IMG/VR virus record: IMGVR_UViG_3300029787_003156
Direction: 5' to 3' (one strand)
DNA length: 64,000 bases
From: an uncultured virus (IMG/VR IMGVR_UViG_3300029787_003156)
Taxonomy: Duplodnaviria; Heunggongvirae; Uroviricota; Caudoviricetes
This document shows positions 57,001 to 64,000 of the stretch, piece by piece; position 1 is the first letter of the stretch; each line of letters begins with the position of its first letter. Below the pieces are notes generated by a model. The model was not told the origin of the DNA. It worked only from the letters and a program-made list of their open reading frames with translations, and searched no databases. A program made the position numbers and the translations under genes.

Positions 57001-60000
57001 GATATATTGTATTACCTGAGAAATTAAATCCAATTACTTCTGCTTTAGTATCTCTAGTTCTTATTGTATCGCCTGTGGAGAATAGACCAGTTCCTATCTT
57101 ATCTTTAAATGATAGTTTTCTAGACTTACCAGCTTCACCACTATTAAATGTTCCAACATTATTACCATAATCAAATTTATAGTTCCTAATCTTCTCACCT
57201 ATAGATAATGATCCAGAAGCATTATCGTAAGGAATTACAATTTGACTTATAAATTCGTTAGCAGGGAATTGAGAATCAATATCTGTTACGTAGTCTGTAT
57301 AGTCAACAACACTAATTGTTGATAATGAAATATCATCTAGAACAATATTTGGGTATGTAATTGATGTAACTCTGTTGAATAGTAATCCAAAGAATGAAGA
57401 TCCTTCTGAAATATTAACCTGACCGATAAACTCATTAGTTGTAGGATCTTGATATGTTGATGTAGCAGTCAATCTTGCAACTACACCAGACTGAGCACCA
57501 ATAATAACATCATCAAGAGCAAGATCAAATAAACCAGGTGTAGACTGATATGTTCCAGTAGTTTTACTTAAAGTTAACTTGTCATTAACAAGAACTGTTG
57601 TTGCATATACAGGACCATCTTCTGCCTGTGTTGCTGCTGTAGTACCTAATTCACCTCTAGTTATTTCTAATACAACTGAATCATTGTTAGTAGTAACGTT
57701 AGTTACATTTACAATTTCAGAACCAATCTGATAGTTACCACCTACAGTAAATGTTCCTGCTGCAGGAGGTGTATCAGCATCTGTAGAAAGTATCTTTGCT
57801 GCTACAATTTCAACTGATGCAGTTGAAGGACCTATACCATAACGTAATTGACCAAGTGGAGCTTCAGAACCACCTGCTAAGTTAATTGCTTCAACTTTAG
57901 CAGTCTCTCCAGTAAGGTTTGAAACCTGCTCTCCAAATACAAACAATCCAAGATTTGAAACAGTTGATACTGAAGCATAGTTTGCAATAAATCCAGTAGC
58001 ACTGTTACTTACCAATTCACCAACTGTAAATGCAGTTCCTTCTACAAAGAAACCGAAAATTGAATTACCAACAACAGCTGTAACAGTAAATCTTGCTAAA
58101 GAAGTCTGTCCAGCCATTGTATTTCCCTTGAGTGGGAATATTCCACTGATATTAGTAAATTCAAGAGTAGATATAGTAATCTCTTGAATAGTAACGTTTA
58201 CATACTTAATACTTGCAGGTGGTTGTGGTGGTTGACTGAATACAATAGAATCACCTTGAATATTAAATGATGTCTCAGGAGTTTGAGCAACACCATTTAA
58301 GATGATCATTAACTGATTAGCATTAGCAACTACGTTGTCACCATTAACTTTTAATTGGAACTGTGTTTTAACACCATCAAATTGATTTGATATATCATCA
58401 ATACGCTGAACAACAGAAGTCAAAATGTTCTCAGAAGATGTCAATCTCTTCTGTCTGAATAATACTTCTGAGTTATTAAACTGTGAGTAGACTGGTTCAA
58501 CTAGAGAGAAACTCTGAATGTTAGGTACAATTGCTTCTCTTGCTAATTCAACAGCTTTGGTTATCTGGAAATCAGTTTCTTTGTTAGGAATTTGACCATA
58601 TTCAGCCAGATTTAATTCACCGAATACTTTGAATGATGCAGGGTGAACGTTCTTAAGTAATATCTCTTTCCACTCACCAATAGAAACAGCAGACTTAACA
58701 GCATATGAGAAGTCCTGATAATAGTAACTATCTTGAATTTTCTGAATAATTTCAGATGGTTTACCAATATCATCAATGAACTGACCAGTTGTTTTAGTGA
58801 TAGAACCAATTTCAAGAACACCACGAGCAATCTTAAGATCACTTATAATACCAGAAGACTTAGAAATAACACCTGTTATTCTTTCGTTAGCATTAAAGTT
58901 TCCAGTGTAATCAACAATCTTAATAATTCTAGGTCCTACCTGCCAACCTTGGTTAGTAGAAACATATCCACTAGCAGTTGCAGCATCTAAAGTATCTCCT
59001 TGATAAACAAGTTCACCTTCTAAGAATGTAGAAGTAATAACGTTAGCAGTTGCTGCACCACCGAATGATTCAGTTAATATTGTTTGACGACCTGTTCCTG
59101 CGTTAACAAATGATAAAGAGTCACCTAATGCAGCGTTAGCAGCAGTAATAGCAATCTTTAATTGGTTTTCTTCTAGTGAGTTTGCAGTACCAGCAATAGC
59201 ATAATATGTGTTAGTAGAATTCAAACGACCAACAGCACCTGCTGATAATGGGAACTCAGCACCATCACCAGTATCAGTAACTGTTAATGTAACCTCAGAA
59301 CCATTCACAATACCATGTGGGAAAGCAAATTGTAGTAATCCTAAGTCAAGGTTAACAACATAGTTGAAAGAAGATCTTAATGCAACAGTAGGAGCAGAAG
59401 AGTAACCTGATCCTGGATCTTTAACAAGAATATCATCTAAACGACCATTCTTAATGAATGCTTCAGCAGTTGCATTTTGTCCACCACCACCTGTGATAAC
59501 AACGGTTGGTGCTTGTGAATATCCAGAACCTGGATCTGTAACTGTAATACTATCAAGTATACTTGTGGATGTTAACTGTGCGTTAATTGGGAATGAAATC
59601 TCAGGACGTAAAGTATAGTCATGAGGATAATCATATCCAAAGTTGTTGTTCTGTAATTTCTTAATCTTACCAACTTTAGTTCCTTTGGTAAAGATAGAAG
59701 CACCAGTTCCTGCAGGAGGAATAACAACATTCAAATCAACACCAGAACCTGTTAAACCTGCTCCAAGAATACCCGATATAGATTCAACATCAATACTTGC
59801 AGTAGTATATCCTTTACCTGGTGATGTAACAACAACAGACTGTATTTGACCAGGAATCGTTACTCCATCATCATCAGTTCCGTCTGCTACAGTAATAGAA
59901 ACAAATCCACCTTCTCCATCACCTGCAATAGGAACACTATTGTAAACACCTACAGCATATTCAGTACCTGGTGCATCAATTTGAATTCTTTCTATTTGTC

Positions 60001-63000
60001 TAGATGACTGAATAGATGTAACAACTGGAAGTCTAGTATAGAAACCTCCTCCATTAACAATACGAATATCACTTATAGAACCAACTGCTTTCAATGAACT
60101 AGTGCTATAAGATGTATTGATAACATCAGCATTACCCTCTGGTTCGTTAGCAAGAACAAATTTAAAGGTATCTGCACCACGAGTAATAGTTGCACCAGAT
60201 GTAGAAGTAATTGCGAAATTACCTACGTAAGGTGAATTAACAACATCTAAGTAACTAGATGCAATAACTGGAGAATCAGCACCTGTTCTAGATGGGTCAA
60301 AGTAGTAAGAAATATTAGTAACAATGTCAGTATCAACTTTTAACTTAACAGTAGGGTTAGGAACACCTTGACCAGTAATACCAGGTGTACCTACTCTTTC
60401 AATAGAGTTGAATGAATATTCCAGTTTATAAAGATTATCTTTAGAGAATGATAAGTTACCACCCGCCATAGAAGAATGACCAACATCAAAGAGATATTGA
60501 TGTCCATAATACATTTTAAGAACAGGTGACTTAACGTAGATATTAACACTTCCAGAACTTGTAGCTGGTGAAGTTATTGCAGCAGAAGGTAATTTATATG
60601 TAAATTCAACAGGACTTACAATAGTGTGAACTGGGAAAGCACCATCATATTCATCATAAACGACACTATCAACAGTTTGTGATGGGTTACCATCAATACT
60701 AACCATTTCACCTTGAGTAAGGTAATGACTATTTGCAGTAACAATATAAACTTCATCACTATTAGCAACAGCAGTTACTTGTATAATTTTCTTAAGTGTT
60801 GCTACTAAAGTAATCTTAAGAACACCAGTTAAATTGATAATTGATGCAGTTGTATATGCAGCATTGAAACTAATATCACCAGAGTTAATATTAACAACAG
60901 ATCCAGGAATAAAAGGTGAACCACCAGCTACTTCATCAATTCTTATAGAGTAATCATCATCAGTATAAGGTTTAAAGTTAGTTAATTCATCAAGATTATT
61001 TGAACCTCCTTCTGGGTGATTAAAATTGTTTAGATCTATATCAAATGTACCAGGTGTAGTGTTGTTTAGTAGTGGGAAGGTGTATATTAATTCATTAACA
61101 TCTGCGGGTATAGGACCTACAATTCCATAAGTGCTTTGCTCATTAAACTGTTCTGTAGTTAATTCACCAGTATTAAGATCATTTGCCCAAGCATTATTAT
61201 TAACAGCAAGATATATCTTATTACCTACACTATTTTGTCTAATAATGTATCCACTATTAATGAATGATCCTGATGAACTACTTAATACTAATTTTGAACC
61301 TGTAGTAAATACAAATTGCTGATTTAGAGTAAGTTCTTGAATATTATCAATCTTGACTGTAGGTGTAACTTTAAAGAAGTATCTGTCTTTAACAACTGCA
61401 GTAACTCTTAATTTTTTAGAACCTGGTGAAGGAACAGTAGCAGTTCTAGAACTCCAAACGTCTTGAGTATAAGATAATGAATCAGAGTCCTGAGTCATTG
61501 ATGTATCAGCATCATCAAAGTCTAAGTTTTGGAATCCTGCTTCTGCTAATCCAAATCCAGTATTATTAACAGTTAATGGTAAACCTGTTTGTAATACAAT
61601 AGCAGTTCTAGTAAATCCAACTTGTGTGTTAGTTTGAACAGTTTGAGTTCCAATTCTTGCAGCATCAGAGTTCTTATCAACTTTTAAACCCCAACCAACA
61701 TAATCGATATAATCATATTTGTTAGTGTAAGTAGAGAACCATGATGTATCAGTCCATGTAAATCCTTCACTAAACTCACCTGCAATAGGATAGTTAGTAA
61801 CATCATTAGGAACTGTAGGAACAACTGCTCTGTTTCTAATACGAAGATTATCAACAAAGTATTGACCTTGTTCATTAGAACGGAATTGATTTAAAGTTCC
61901 ACTCTTACCAGGAATATTACCAATGTATAGATTTTGATTCTGGAATGCAGTATTATCAATAGTTCCTTGAAGAACTTGTATACCGTTGACATATGCTGTA
62001 TACTGACCTGCAGATTTAGTAAGTGCAACAAATTGCCAAGTATTATCGGCAAACATTGTTGTAACTGTAGATTGTAGTGAACCTGATGCAGAGTTGAGTG
62101 CAGTTCCATTTGCAGTAACAACTAACTGCATCTCTCCAGATGAAATATCATAATACAACCATAGACCACCAGTAGATAATGTTGCATCACCTATTGCTAT
62201 TAGGGTTTGTTGTGTTTGAGAGTGTGTATTATTGTTATTAGCAGCATCTTTAAACAACATGAACTCAATAGTCCAGTCGCCAGTCATTTTAGTTGTTAAA
62301 TCTGATCCATTAACTTGTATAACTGAATTTACCCAAGTACTAGGAGTAGTAGAGTCTTTTCCTAGTAATTTTGCAAATCCATTAGTAGTATCATATTGAA
62401 GTGAGTTACCGTCTCCTACAAAGGTTGCTGTATAGTGTCCTGTAACATCTGTAGTTGCACCACTGGTAAATGGTATTAGAAGTTCATTTCTATTCCAAGA
62501 AGTTTGACCAAATACATGAATATCACCAGAACTATCAGGATATAAACTATGTGCAGTTACACCTTCAATATTATTAAGATCAAATTTATTATTTGTCTGA
62601 TTCTTAATAATACCGTTATAACCAACTTTAACTACGTCTACAGTTAATTCTCCATTTGTATTGAGATATTTGTTGACAGCAATATTAAGATCACCAAAGA
62701 TATCAATATGAGTTCTTTTAGCAACATTAATAGTGTATCCACCAGCTACTGCATAACGATAGTTCCAAAGGAAAGCACCATCTGAATCTAATTTACCAAT
62801 CCAGAAACCATCTTTTGTTGTATTGTCTGATTTAAGTCTTGTTGTAGCAGTAATGTATAATTCACTAAATTCATCGATAGTAAGACTTGTATCCATGAAT
62901 GAATACAGTGTATTAGTTAATTGCTTAGTCCAAACAAGACTAATTGCACTAGTACCTACAGTTGCTTTACCAATACCTGTATCAACGCTTGTTGCATTAG

Positions 63001-64000
63001 GACTTGTAGCAATTTCTAATGTATAGTATATGTCAGTTCCATTTACAAGTAAATCTGTAACTTTTTCAGAAACATTTACAGAAGTAATCTTTCTCTTAAC
63101 AGCAAAGTTACCAAGTGTGTCTACAACAGCAATATAAGCATCAAATGGATTACCAGAGTTAGTATTAGTGAAACCACCTAAAACAAATCTAGTATCAGAG
63201 TATTTTGCAATAGCACTAATATTGTCGGAACGAGTAGAACCAGATATACCTGCATATGCCTTTTGATACTGTAAAGTAGCACTTAATCCATTTTCTGCCT
63301 GTGTATACTTACAAAGAACAACATCAGGGTTATATGCCTCTAAGATACTTGCATTTGGTTTATTATGACCTGCAACGTAAATATCTTGTCCATCAATTAA
63401 TAATCTCTCAAATTCTACTTCTTGTTGTCCATCAGTACTCTTAATTGTCTTTTCCCAGTCTTTTACACCAGTAGCAGATAGTTTTGCTAAGAATCCAATA
63501 GTATATCCAAAAGAGTCTTTTGTTTTACCACAAATGAATATTTCTTTAGCATCATTTACAAATACGTCATTAACCTTAACATAATTCTCATTTGCAATCT
63601 TAGAAACATAATAATCTGCTTTCTTATAGATTTGAGGGTGTGATAATATAACTCTTGGGTTTGTAGTATAGTTTTGACCAGAGTTAGTAATATTAACTGT
63701 AGAAATAGATCCTACAGATGTTACAACCGCTTCTAATGCTGCAGCAGTTCCATCACCATCAAGAATGATTGTTGGAGGTAATTCACTATTATATCCAGAA
63801 CCTTGCTGATCAATAACAATTTCTTCAACACCTTTAATTTGTTTAACAACAAAAGTTTTATTAGTGTTGTTCATTATAGGTGTGTAATCTATAACAACCT
63901 GATCATCAACAGTTAAGTTGTGAGGAGTTGAAGTCTTTAAAACACCGTAGTTAATACCACCAATACTTTCATAACTGTAAGTTGAAACTGCCTCTCCTTT
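45008..64000 (-). CDS. g7: Giant baseplate wedge initiator (gp7-like), >6330 aa; 5' end outside the window
   Basis: Frame stays open from 63874 to 64000 (KGEAVSTYSYESIGG...DYTPIM). gp7-type core IQDSYYYQDFSYAVKS...W...L...VHPASFKVFGE at about 58620-58760. Also beta-propeller-like repeats, two LamG-like domains and Cys/His repeat arrays; lies upstream of g8. Confidence 0.85.
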   Translation of the reverse strand, partial: KGEAVSTYSYESIGGINYGVLKTSTPHNLTVDDQVVIDYTPIMNNTNKTFVVKQIKGVEEIVIDQQGSGYNSELPPTIILDGDGTAAALEAVVTSVGSISTVNITNSGQNYTTNPRVILSHPQIYKKADYYVSKIANENYVKVNDVFVNDAKEIFICGKTKDSFGYTIGFLAKLSATGVKDWEKTIKSTDGQQEVEFERLLIDGQDIYVAGHNKPNASILEAYNPDVVLCKYTQAENGLSATLQYQKAYAGISGSTRSDNISAIAKYSDTRFVLGGFTNTNSGNPFDAYIAVVDTLGNFAVKRKITSVNVSEKVTDLLVNGTDIYYTLEIATSPNATSVDTGIGKATVGTSAISLVWTKQLTNTLYSFMDTSLTIDEFSELYITATTRLKSDNTTKDGFWIGKLDSDGAFLWNYRYAVAGGYTINVAKRTHIDIFGDLNIAVNKYLNTNGELTVDVVKVGYNGIIKNQTNNKFDLNNIEGVTAHSLYPDSSGDIHVFGQTSWNRNELLIPFTSGATTDVTGHYTATFVGDGNSLQYDTTNGFAKLLGKDSTTPSTWVNSVIQVNGSDLTTKMTGDWTIEFMLFKDAANNNNTHSQTQQTLIAIGDATLSTGGLWLYYDISSGEMQLVVTANGTALNSASGSLQSTVTTMFADNTWQFVALTKSAGQYTAYVNGIQVLQGTIDNTAFQNQNLYIGNIPGKSGTLNQFRSNEQGQYFVDNLRIRNRAVVPTVPNDVTNYPIAGEFSEGFTWTDTSWFSTYTNKYDYIDYVGWGLKVDKNSDAARIGTQTVQTNTQVGFTRTAIVLQTGLPLTVNNTGFGLAEAGFQNLDFDDADTSMTQDSDSLSYTQDVWSSRTATVPSPGSKKLRVTAVVKDRYFFKVTPTVKIDNIQELTLNQQFVFTTGSKLVLSSSSGSFINSGYIIRQNSVGNKIYLAVNNNAWANDLNTGELTTEQFNEQSTYGIVGPIPADVNELIYTFPLLNNTTPGTFDIDLNNFNHPEGGSNNLDELTNFKPYTDDDYSIRIDEVAGGSPFIPGSVVNINSGDISFNAAYTTASIINLTGVLKITLVATLKKIIQVTAVANSDEVYIVTANSHYLTQGEMVSIDGNPSQTVDSVVYDEYDGAFPVHTIVSPVEFTYKLPSAAITSPATSSGSVNIYVKSPVLKMYYGHQYLFDVGHSSMAGGNLSFSKDNLYKLEYSFNSIERVGTPGITGQGVPNPTVKLKVDTDIVTNISYYFDPSRTGADSPVIASSYLDVVNSPYVGNFAITSTSGATITRGADTFKFVLANEPEGNADVINTSYSTSSLKAVGSISDIRIVNGGGFYTRLPVVTSIQSSRQIERIQIDAPGTEYAVGVYNSVPIAGDGEGGFVSITVADGTDDDGVTIPGQIQSVVVTSPGKGYTTASIDVESISGILGAGLTGSGVDLNVVIPPAGTGASIFTKGTKVGKIKKLQNNNFGYDYPHDYTLRPEISFPINAQLTSTSILDSITVTDPGSGYSQAPTVVITGGGGQNATAEAFIKNGRLDDILVKDPGSGYSSAPTVALRSSFNYVVNLDLGLLQFAFPHGIVNGSEVTLTVTDTGDGAEFPLSAGAVGRLNSTNTYYAIAGTANSLEENQLKIAITAANAALGDSLSFVNAGTGRQTILTESFGGAATANVITSTFLEGELVYQGDTLDAATASGYVSTNQGWQVGPRIIKIVDYTGNFNANERITGVISKSSGIISDLKIARGVLEIGSITKTTGQFIDDIGKPSEIIQKIQDSYYYQDFSYAVKSAVSIGEWKEILLKNVHPASFKVFGELNLAEYGQIPNKETDFQITKAVELAREAIVPNIQSFSLVEPVYSQFNNSEVLFRQKRLTSSENILTSVVQRIDDISNQFDGVKTQFQLKVNGDNVVANANQLMIILNGVAQTPETSFNIQGDSIVFSQPPQPPASIKYVNVTIQEITISTLEFTNISGIFPLKGNTMAGQTSLARFTVTAVVGNSIFGFFVEGTAFTVGELVSNSATGFIANYASVSTVSNLGLFVFGEQVSNLTGETAKVEAINLAGGSEAPLGQLRYGIGPSTASVEIVAAKILSTDADTPPAAGTFTVGGNYQIGSEIVNVTNVTTNNDSVVLEITRGELGTTAATQAEDGPVYATTVLVNDKLTLSKTTGTYQSTPGLFDLALDDVIIGAQSGVVARLTATSTYQDPTTNEFIGQVNISEGSSFFGLLFNRVTSITYPNIVLDDISLSTISVVDYTDYVTDIDSQFPANEFISQIVIPYDNASGSLSIGEKIRNYKFDYGNNVGTFNSGEAGKSRKLSFKDKIGTGLFSTGDTIRTRDTKAEVIGFNFSGNTIYLGKIGRSLRGGGDYHVFNFSGSAQLDTSIKKFGDSSLQLDLATSDYIQIPASSEFTRGTGDYTIEFWIRLDAVSLADTKTLVDMRTSATEVALRIYLEAAQVRVNVNGSDIATSGGNALNNNVWYHLVIQRTGTTVKIISNGVEIGTGTDSGNYTLDRPIRIGADLSGLNSITAHIDEFRYSTVARYATIPFTSPNGIFQGDTDTKVLCHFDGADGATKTEDWSGGESFTKGEYVNNDSILTTNSSNPTAAPAGFNIKSHRYINAADLMLMNKEYLAQETVYIMKEVFPAHSVKGSEVDCEDDVRDVVDSIVEDLRNGSNHHMWKAASYYVNREVNPIQIVNVEDDVSMTVYVYEILDKIAKYIVNNVPWSTQGDHGLTQKYDTTITFDGYTSQTLTKFTPTAIDYHPSMGDMEITAASHGLAAPRTITASGSGYTATTGVLTIESVGHSLETGDRIKFEPNSITMTCTCDGNVVSQSYPRDDDPANQGWLEVSKIDNDNFSVNVGTSPTVNFTATSADYNSNTGFLTMDIGDNDLRPGSKYTVESAAYNPTSGVMTVGIGNDQYNVIDADYSPTSGDLEIFVSSHNLKTGQKVKIANDGLTFRCSQDDYATDHPYPRATDPARNTALEVLHVTDESFTVNVGKSPIVEFDVSNATFNPNTGDMELTIGNHSLSSGTSIRIATQSIGFTCTYGAGVHYYPRPLIDVHVPTDASYNPTTGVVTFTVNQGHGMKNGDKVKIPDYSLSFTCDKDNNATTHRYPRPYDPISDKWIEISNVQTTSIDVQVLDTAPSTNTSTHTFVSFTDVISQKRDKSFEQSIPITATTGTTITINVGVSSNTTTHTYSTSKAGAVITGGNYKHKFRSALDNAITVEHGLYVGDRVMFDRDSLTFTCLEDSGATEHTYPRITDPYYNKWLPISNVTHTTFDVQVLSSTPSTNQTAHTFVRAKVNGLTRSGETLKLAKDALSFTCSQDNDSTVHSYPRVDDSVYNTAIPIWSNGNTRMTAEGASYNTATGLLTINILNHGLTVGTELRLENNSLVFTCAKDGNKTEHSYPRRKDPYAARWLRIKAVSDHTFTVFVGEASSTGQYAHTFVRAVKDGIVKRDNTVTVNVGATPTKAYTPSAATYNASTGALELNVGTHSYPAPTQHTPTDVAYNPVSGVMTLTIAGHNFSNGEKIKIADNGIKLSCPYGGATGTAAQKDYPRSTDPVSNKWIPIFNVTTDTFDVQVLDSIPSTNVDTHTFVSAVNNCVSKANYTVKLAPDSLLMTCDMDTNATKHVYPRSNVATHTPSTGTSYNPVTGALTVSIPTESFTASAANYNVTSGACVLTISQNAGSYNVTGATYSPSVGTLVLTLGTHSLTTSDRIKITPESLKFTCDYNNDNNTTIHPYPRAAGAYNSTNSKADYAYDTWLDISAVTGTTITVNVNGGQGAITDISNHTFVGALDGAVQVGHGIVPGNKVKLAPNSLTFTCTLDGNTAQKSYPRSTGANTTSGADYAYDKWLRVMDVGDNTITVNLNGGQGAISDTSAHTFVSATTNGITLGHGMVAGTPIKIKDGGVTFRCAHDNNATLHPYPRSTDPASDKWLFIKNVSDTQFEVDILQGTTPTNTTTHTYAGSLDNCIIQGDPLVAQAIPIDAVTGNTITINALDGYTPSFTPNHTLDSVATSQFTPTNAVYNGTTGLMTITVLTANFQPSTVAYNAITGEMQMTIGTHSLAVGEEILIAPNSLTFTCDYNGDGNTTNKTYPRATGAATPSGADFAYNNQLVITDTTNTTITVNVNGGGGAITDTTNHVFVSALADAVSVSHGMKNGEKIKIADNGITFTCTHDSNATNHPYPRVTDPASGRWLDVHNVTNTTFDVQVLDEIPSTNTTTHTFVSATTNAITRAIVSTGGNYKHKFISGLTNGVRTGGDYTHTFVSATSNGIHVAGDSIYIDNNSLRFTCSQDNHETQHDYPRATDPAAKHVMEVKTKDDNRFVVNVGKSPQDKRYDHLFVSGDANSITKSKYVITNCSDVYTTTNNLIDILRDTITQAALPSPVDHLASITDLLPVDEFVGGTIHSYLEVPFKVTYEDDAQEMVYTDRIDVFSRYRFRDAANLIRQNTGAIVDKASYDMLIRYPALYQDMPRNNNGASTDGIERCKTDLTQVCGGLANDIENGGNKNVVAAAGFYIGQFNEIQHIRLQLLQSIYVHNRLVFYLKQAIDGSLTTDNTENLIVGDWGITNDDSVTTYDVYNASYDAGTGDLVMTLASNTGTFSVSGAVYNPTSGDLTLTIGTHTLTTNDKVGIAEESLVFTCDYNGNGNQTQKRYPRSFGAGTTNGADYAYNQFLDITQVNQSGGTITVNVNGGQGAITDTTTHNFVVTPSATNAVTVGHGFTAGDSLQIGNEALTFTCSMDGNVSNKTYPRATDPAYGKALTITSATTTTVTVNVGTTPEVKYTPTFATYTATTGVLVLTIGNHNLEVGQPVKINQGALKFTCAMDGNESIKPYPRTSDPFYNKPIDITATTADTIQLNVGQSPIVLHTVSNATYDPTTGVMVLTIGSHTLTAGTSIKLATESLVFTCTLDGNTIQKSYPRATTANTGTGADYAYDTAINIDSADTAAGTITINVNGGQGAISDTSAHTFVSANAGAVRSGGDYVHTFHSADTESIIAGGEYTHVWAGGTATDAVSVIGDCADVKSNIESLINTVNDIIAPTGLDYDTAGNRLYFNRELLASDVTSRMLTEFTYQAGPTTYFAFQFDGNNISAADFQADVEVLIQNLISDLQTGGNNSSIRALQEVYLNSDGTLHRIEDMLMPTVYGMEVLKEAGREAIRNNVFNSSENIPFGGYVTNAAQAAFRDDLETVDIDQVIGDWNNLLDHVIEFFSPGKKEARNGMKNILYNVNYYKNELNNLVNTQFGNGAWVYNDFVDELVGNIVQDSITTPIDHKTTARRITVTSVSGEFIVGEVVTANGGGYAQILEWDSKDRHLYVGPFLSGTISAGETLTGGTQGGGTIPTGGVGIAFDWYTQPSNVEILRNARLISSTVQDQLIGENVGYNYPEDLSSGNTLTEITIGADSAVAPDNAISADKIIASSTVGEHLIHRNYSLNAFETFDGGTVKFDSSTETFDTGQVGTTESQQFTYSVFLKAGEYSKVRFEMALDRDTTEKQQLFYDIDLTDGSVGSIFQPQGGLTVDGTGVIPYGGGWYRAYGTITCSFGFSQLRQQIQIKNATGQTSFAGNASDGLYAWGLKLTKGTIDPYAATTGDVFYADTEYNIKSYTIDRLEEWIYDALKDQLLNPSPESGFVPFFSDSASTYYHPDSIQRLVRYSLEIIRNQLLNSTYYTDIVVQNAIGLPTKDYGTFDFPVALAGGLAGADYLYGLESGSYAELEKVTMNEGEIVQVYQRFRIDANIVDGPYFMNEVVQKQGDSTVTGVVYAFYEDENFKYLDVAVTGGTWTVLDYVVGATNSTTAQINAIEDRIQITGLEGEFVNNIPFKGYDTGETAIPTGFLKAQAAVLDNSGGKLTVDTESLIGSFETSAVIYPEQSKLFMDVARYEGLDVLIGYRISSAGHTRIGITIQNNKNVFVVGNKLNKITNGIIDINNYGYITEVDLDNNILYYILAAGNITNGDQVGDFGVAPDPLNPLGYAVINTKLDIAGAASAVIQDIKDVGVNKRFYLTNVTGTFSGRDGIFGKDNYKAAVITKTDLRGRVERAFRGFDGTQTNFKLTISNGTKYFPDPAGHMLIFINGVLQPPGSANAYTAFSDNIQFTEAPDLGASFTGFYVGKLRQLDDISFEFDSLRQSFNLKRDDVFYSLTLTDGVQSSTILPENNIICSLNGVIQEPGVGFELVGSRIIFSEIPRVGSTFVAFSYVGSEADVDAAEVVPPIEVGDFIDIQGETEDRQVAVIESSNSLITFDYLGSVFGQNAQASATLTSGTIDKVQVTSGGSGYTTRPNVRVDSISGFDGNIRALIGVAGVEISNVGSGYQNPIINVETSVPDDWTAPDLSLYGEEGVDPETP
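48990..55815 (-). repeat. Two arrays of ~100-aa Cys/His repeat domains (15 + 4 units) within g7
   Basis: Recurring motifs Y.P.TG.L, H.L..G, FTC..D, YPR..DP, HTFVSA; arrays at about 50990-55815 and 48990-50330. Confidence 0.9.

Noticed and set aside
63872..63874. ORF-track start codon of the 6288-aa protein
   Set aside because: The frame is open to the window edge and there is no RBS or promoter; this is an internal Met.
1..64000. tRNAs, riboswitches or structured ncRNAs, and stop-codon recoding
   Set aside because: Intergenic gaps are short and explained by promoters and terminators; no cloverleaf was recognised; genes read through with the standard code. A covariance-model search would be needed to exclude ncRNAs fully.

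Overview
The window is a segment of an AT-rich T4-like cyanomyophage genome (Kyanoviridae-type; a Prochlorococcus host is suggested by the low GC and a host-like gcvP). All supported genes lie on the minus strand. In transcription order (64000->1): a giant gp7-like baseplate wedge protein (>6330 aa, 5' end outside the window), two accessory virion proteins with cupredoxin-like/YHYH-like modules, gp8, a DUF4815/VrlC-like protein, a 2345-aa repeat-rich fibre, neck/tail completion gp13-15, gp16, a seven-gene insert ending in a thermonuclease, gp17-gp23, gp3, uvsY, uvsW, the gp55 late sigma factor, gp47/gp46 and the start of glycine dehydrogenase gcvP. Late promoters (TATAAATA/ATAAATA/CTAAATA), UUCG-loop terminators and a back-to-back sigma70 promoter pair upstream of g55 are visible. 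The most unusual signals are inside the giant virion proteins. First, ~100-aa Cys/His domains are inserted into each other like balanced nested brackets (15 + 4 units, depth up to 7), implying a branched rather than linear protein. Second, these arrays sit inside helical domains whose sequence pattern resembles phycobiliprotein (globin-fold) subunits, with Cys at bilin-attachment-like positions. Third, two virion proteins carry amicyanin-type copper ligand motifs. All family assignments come from motif recognition by eye; no database searches were run.
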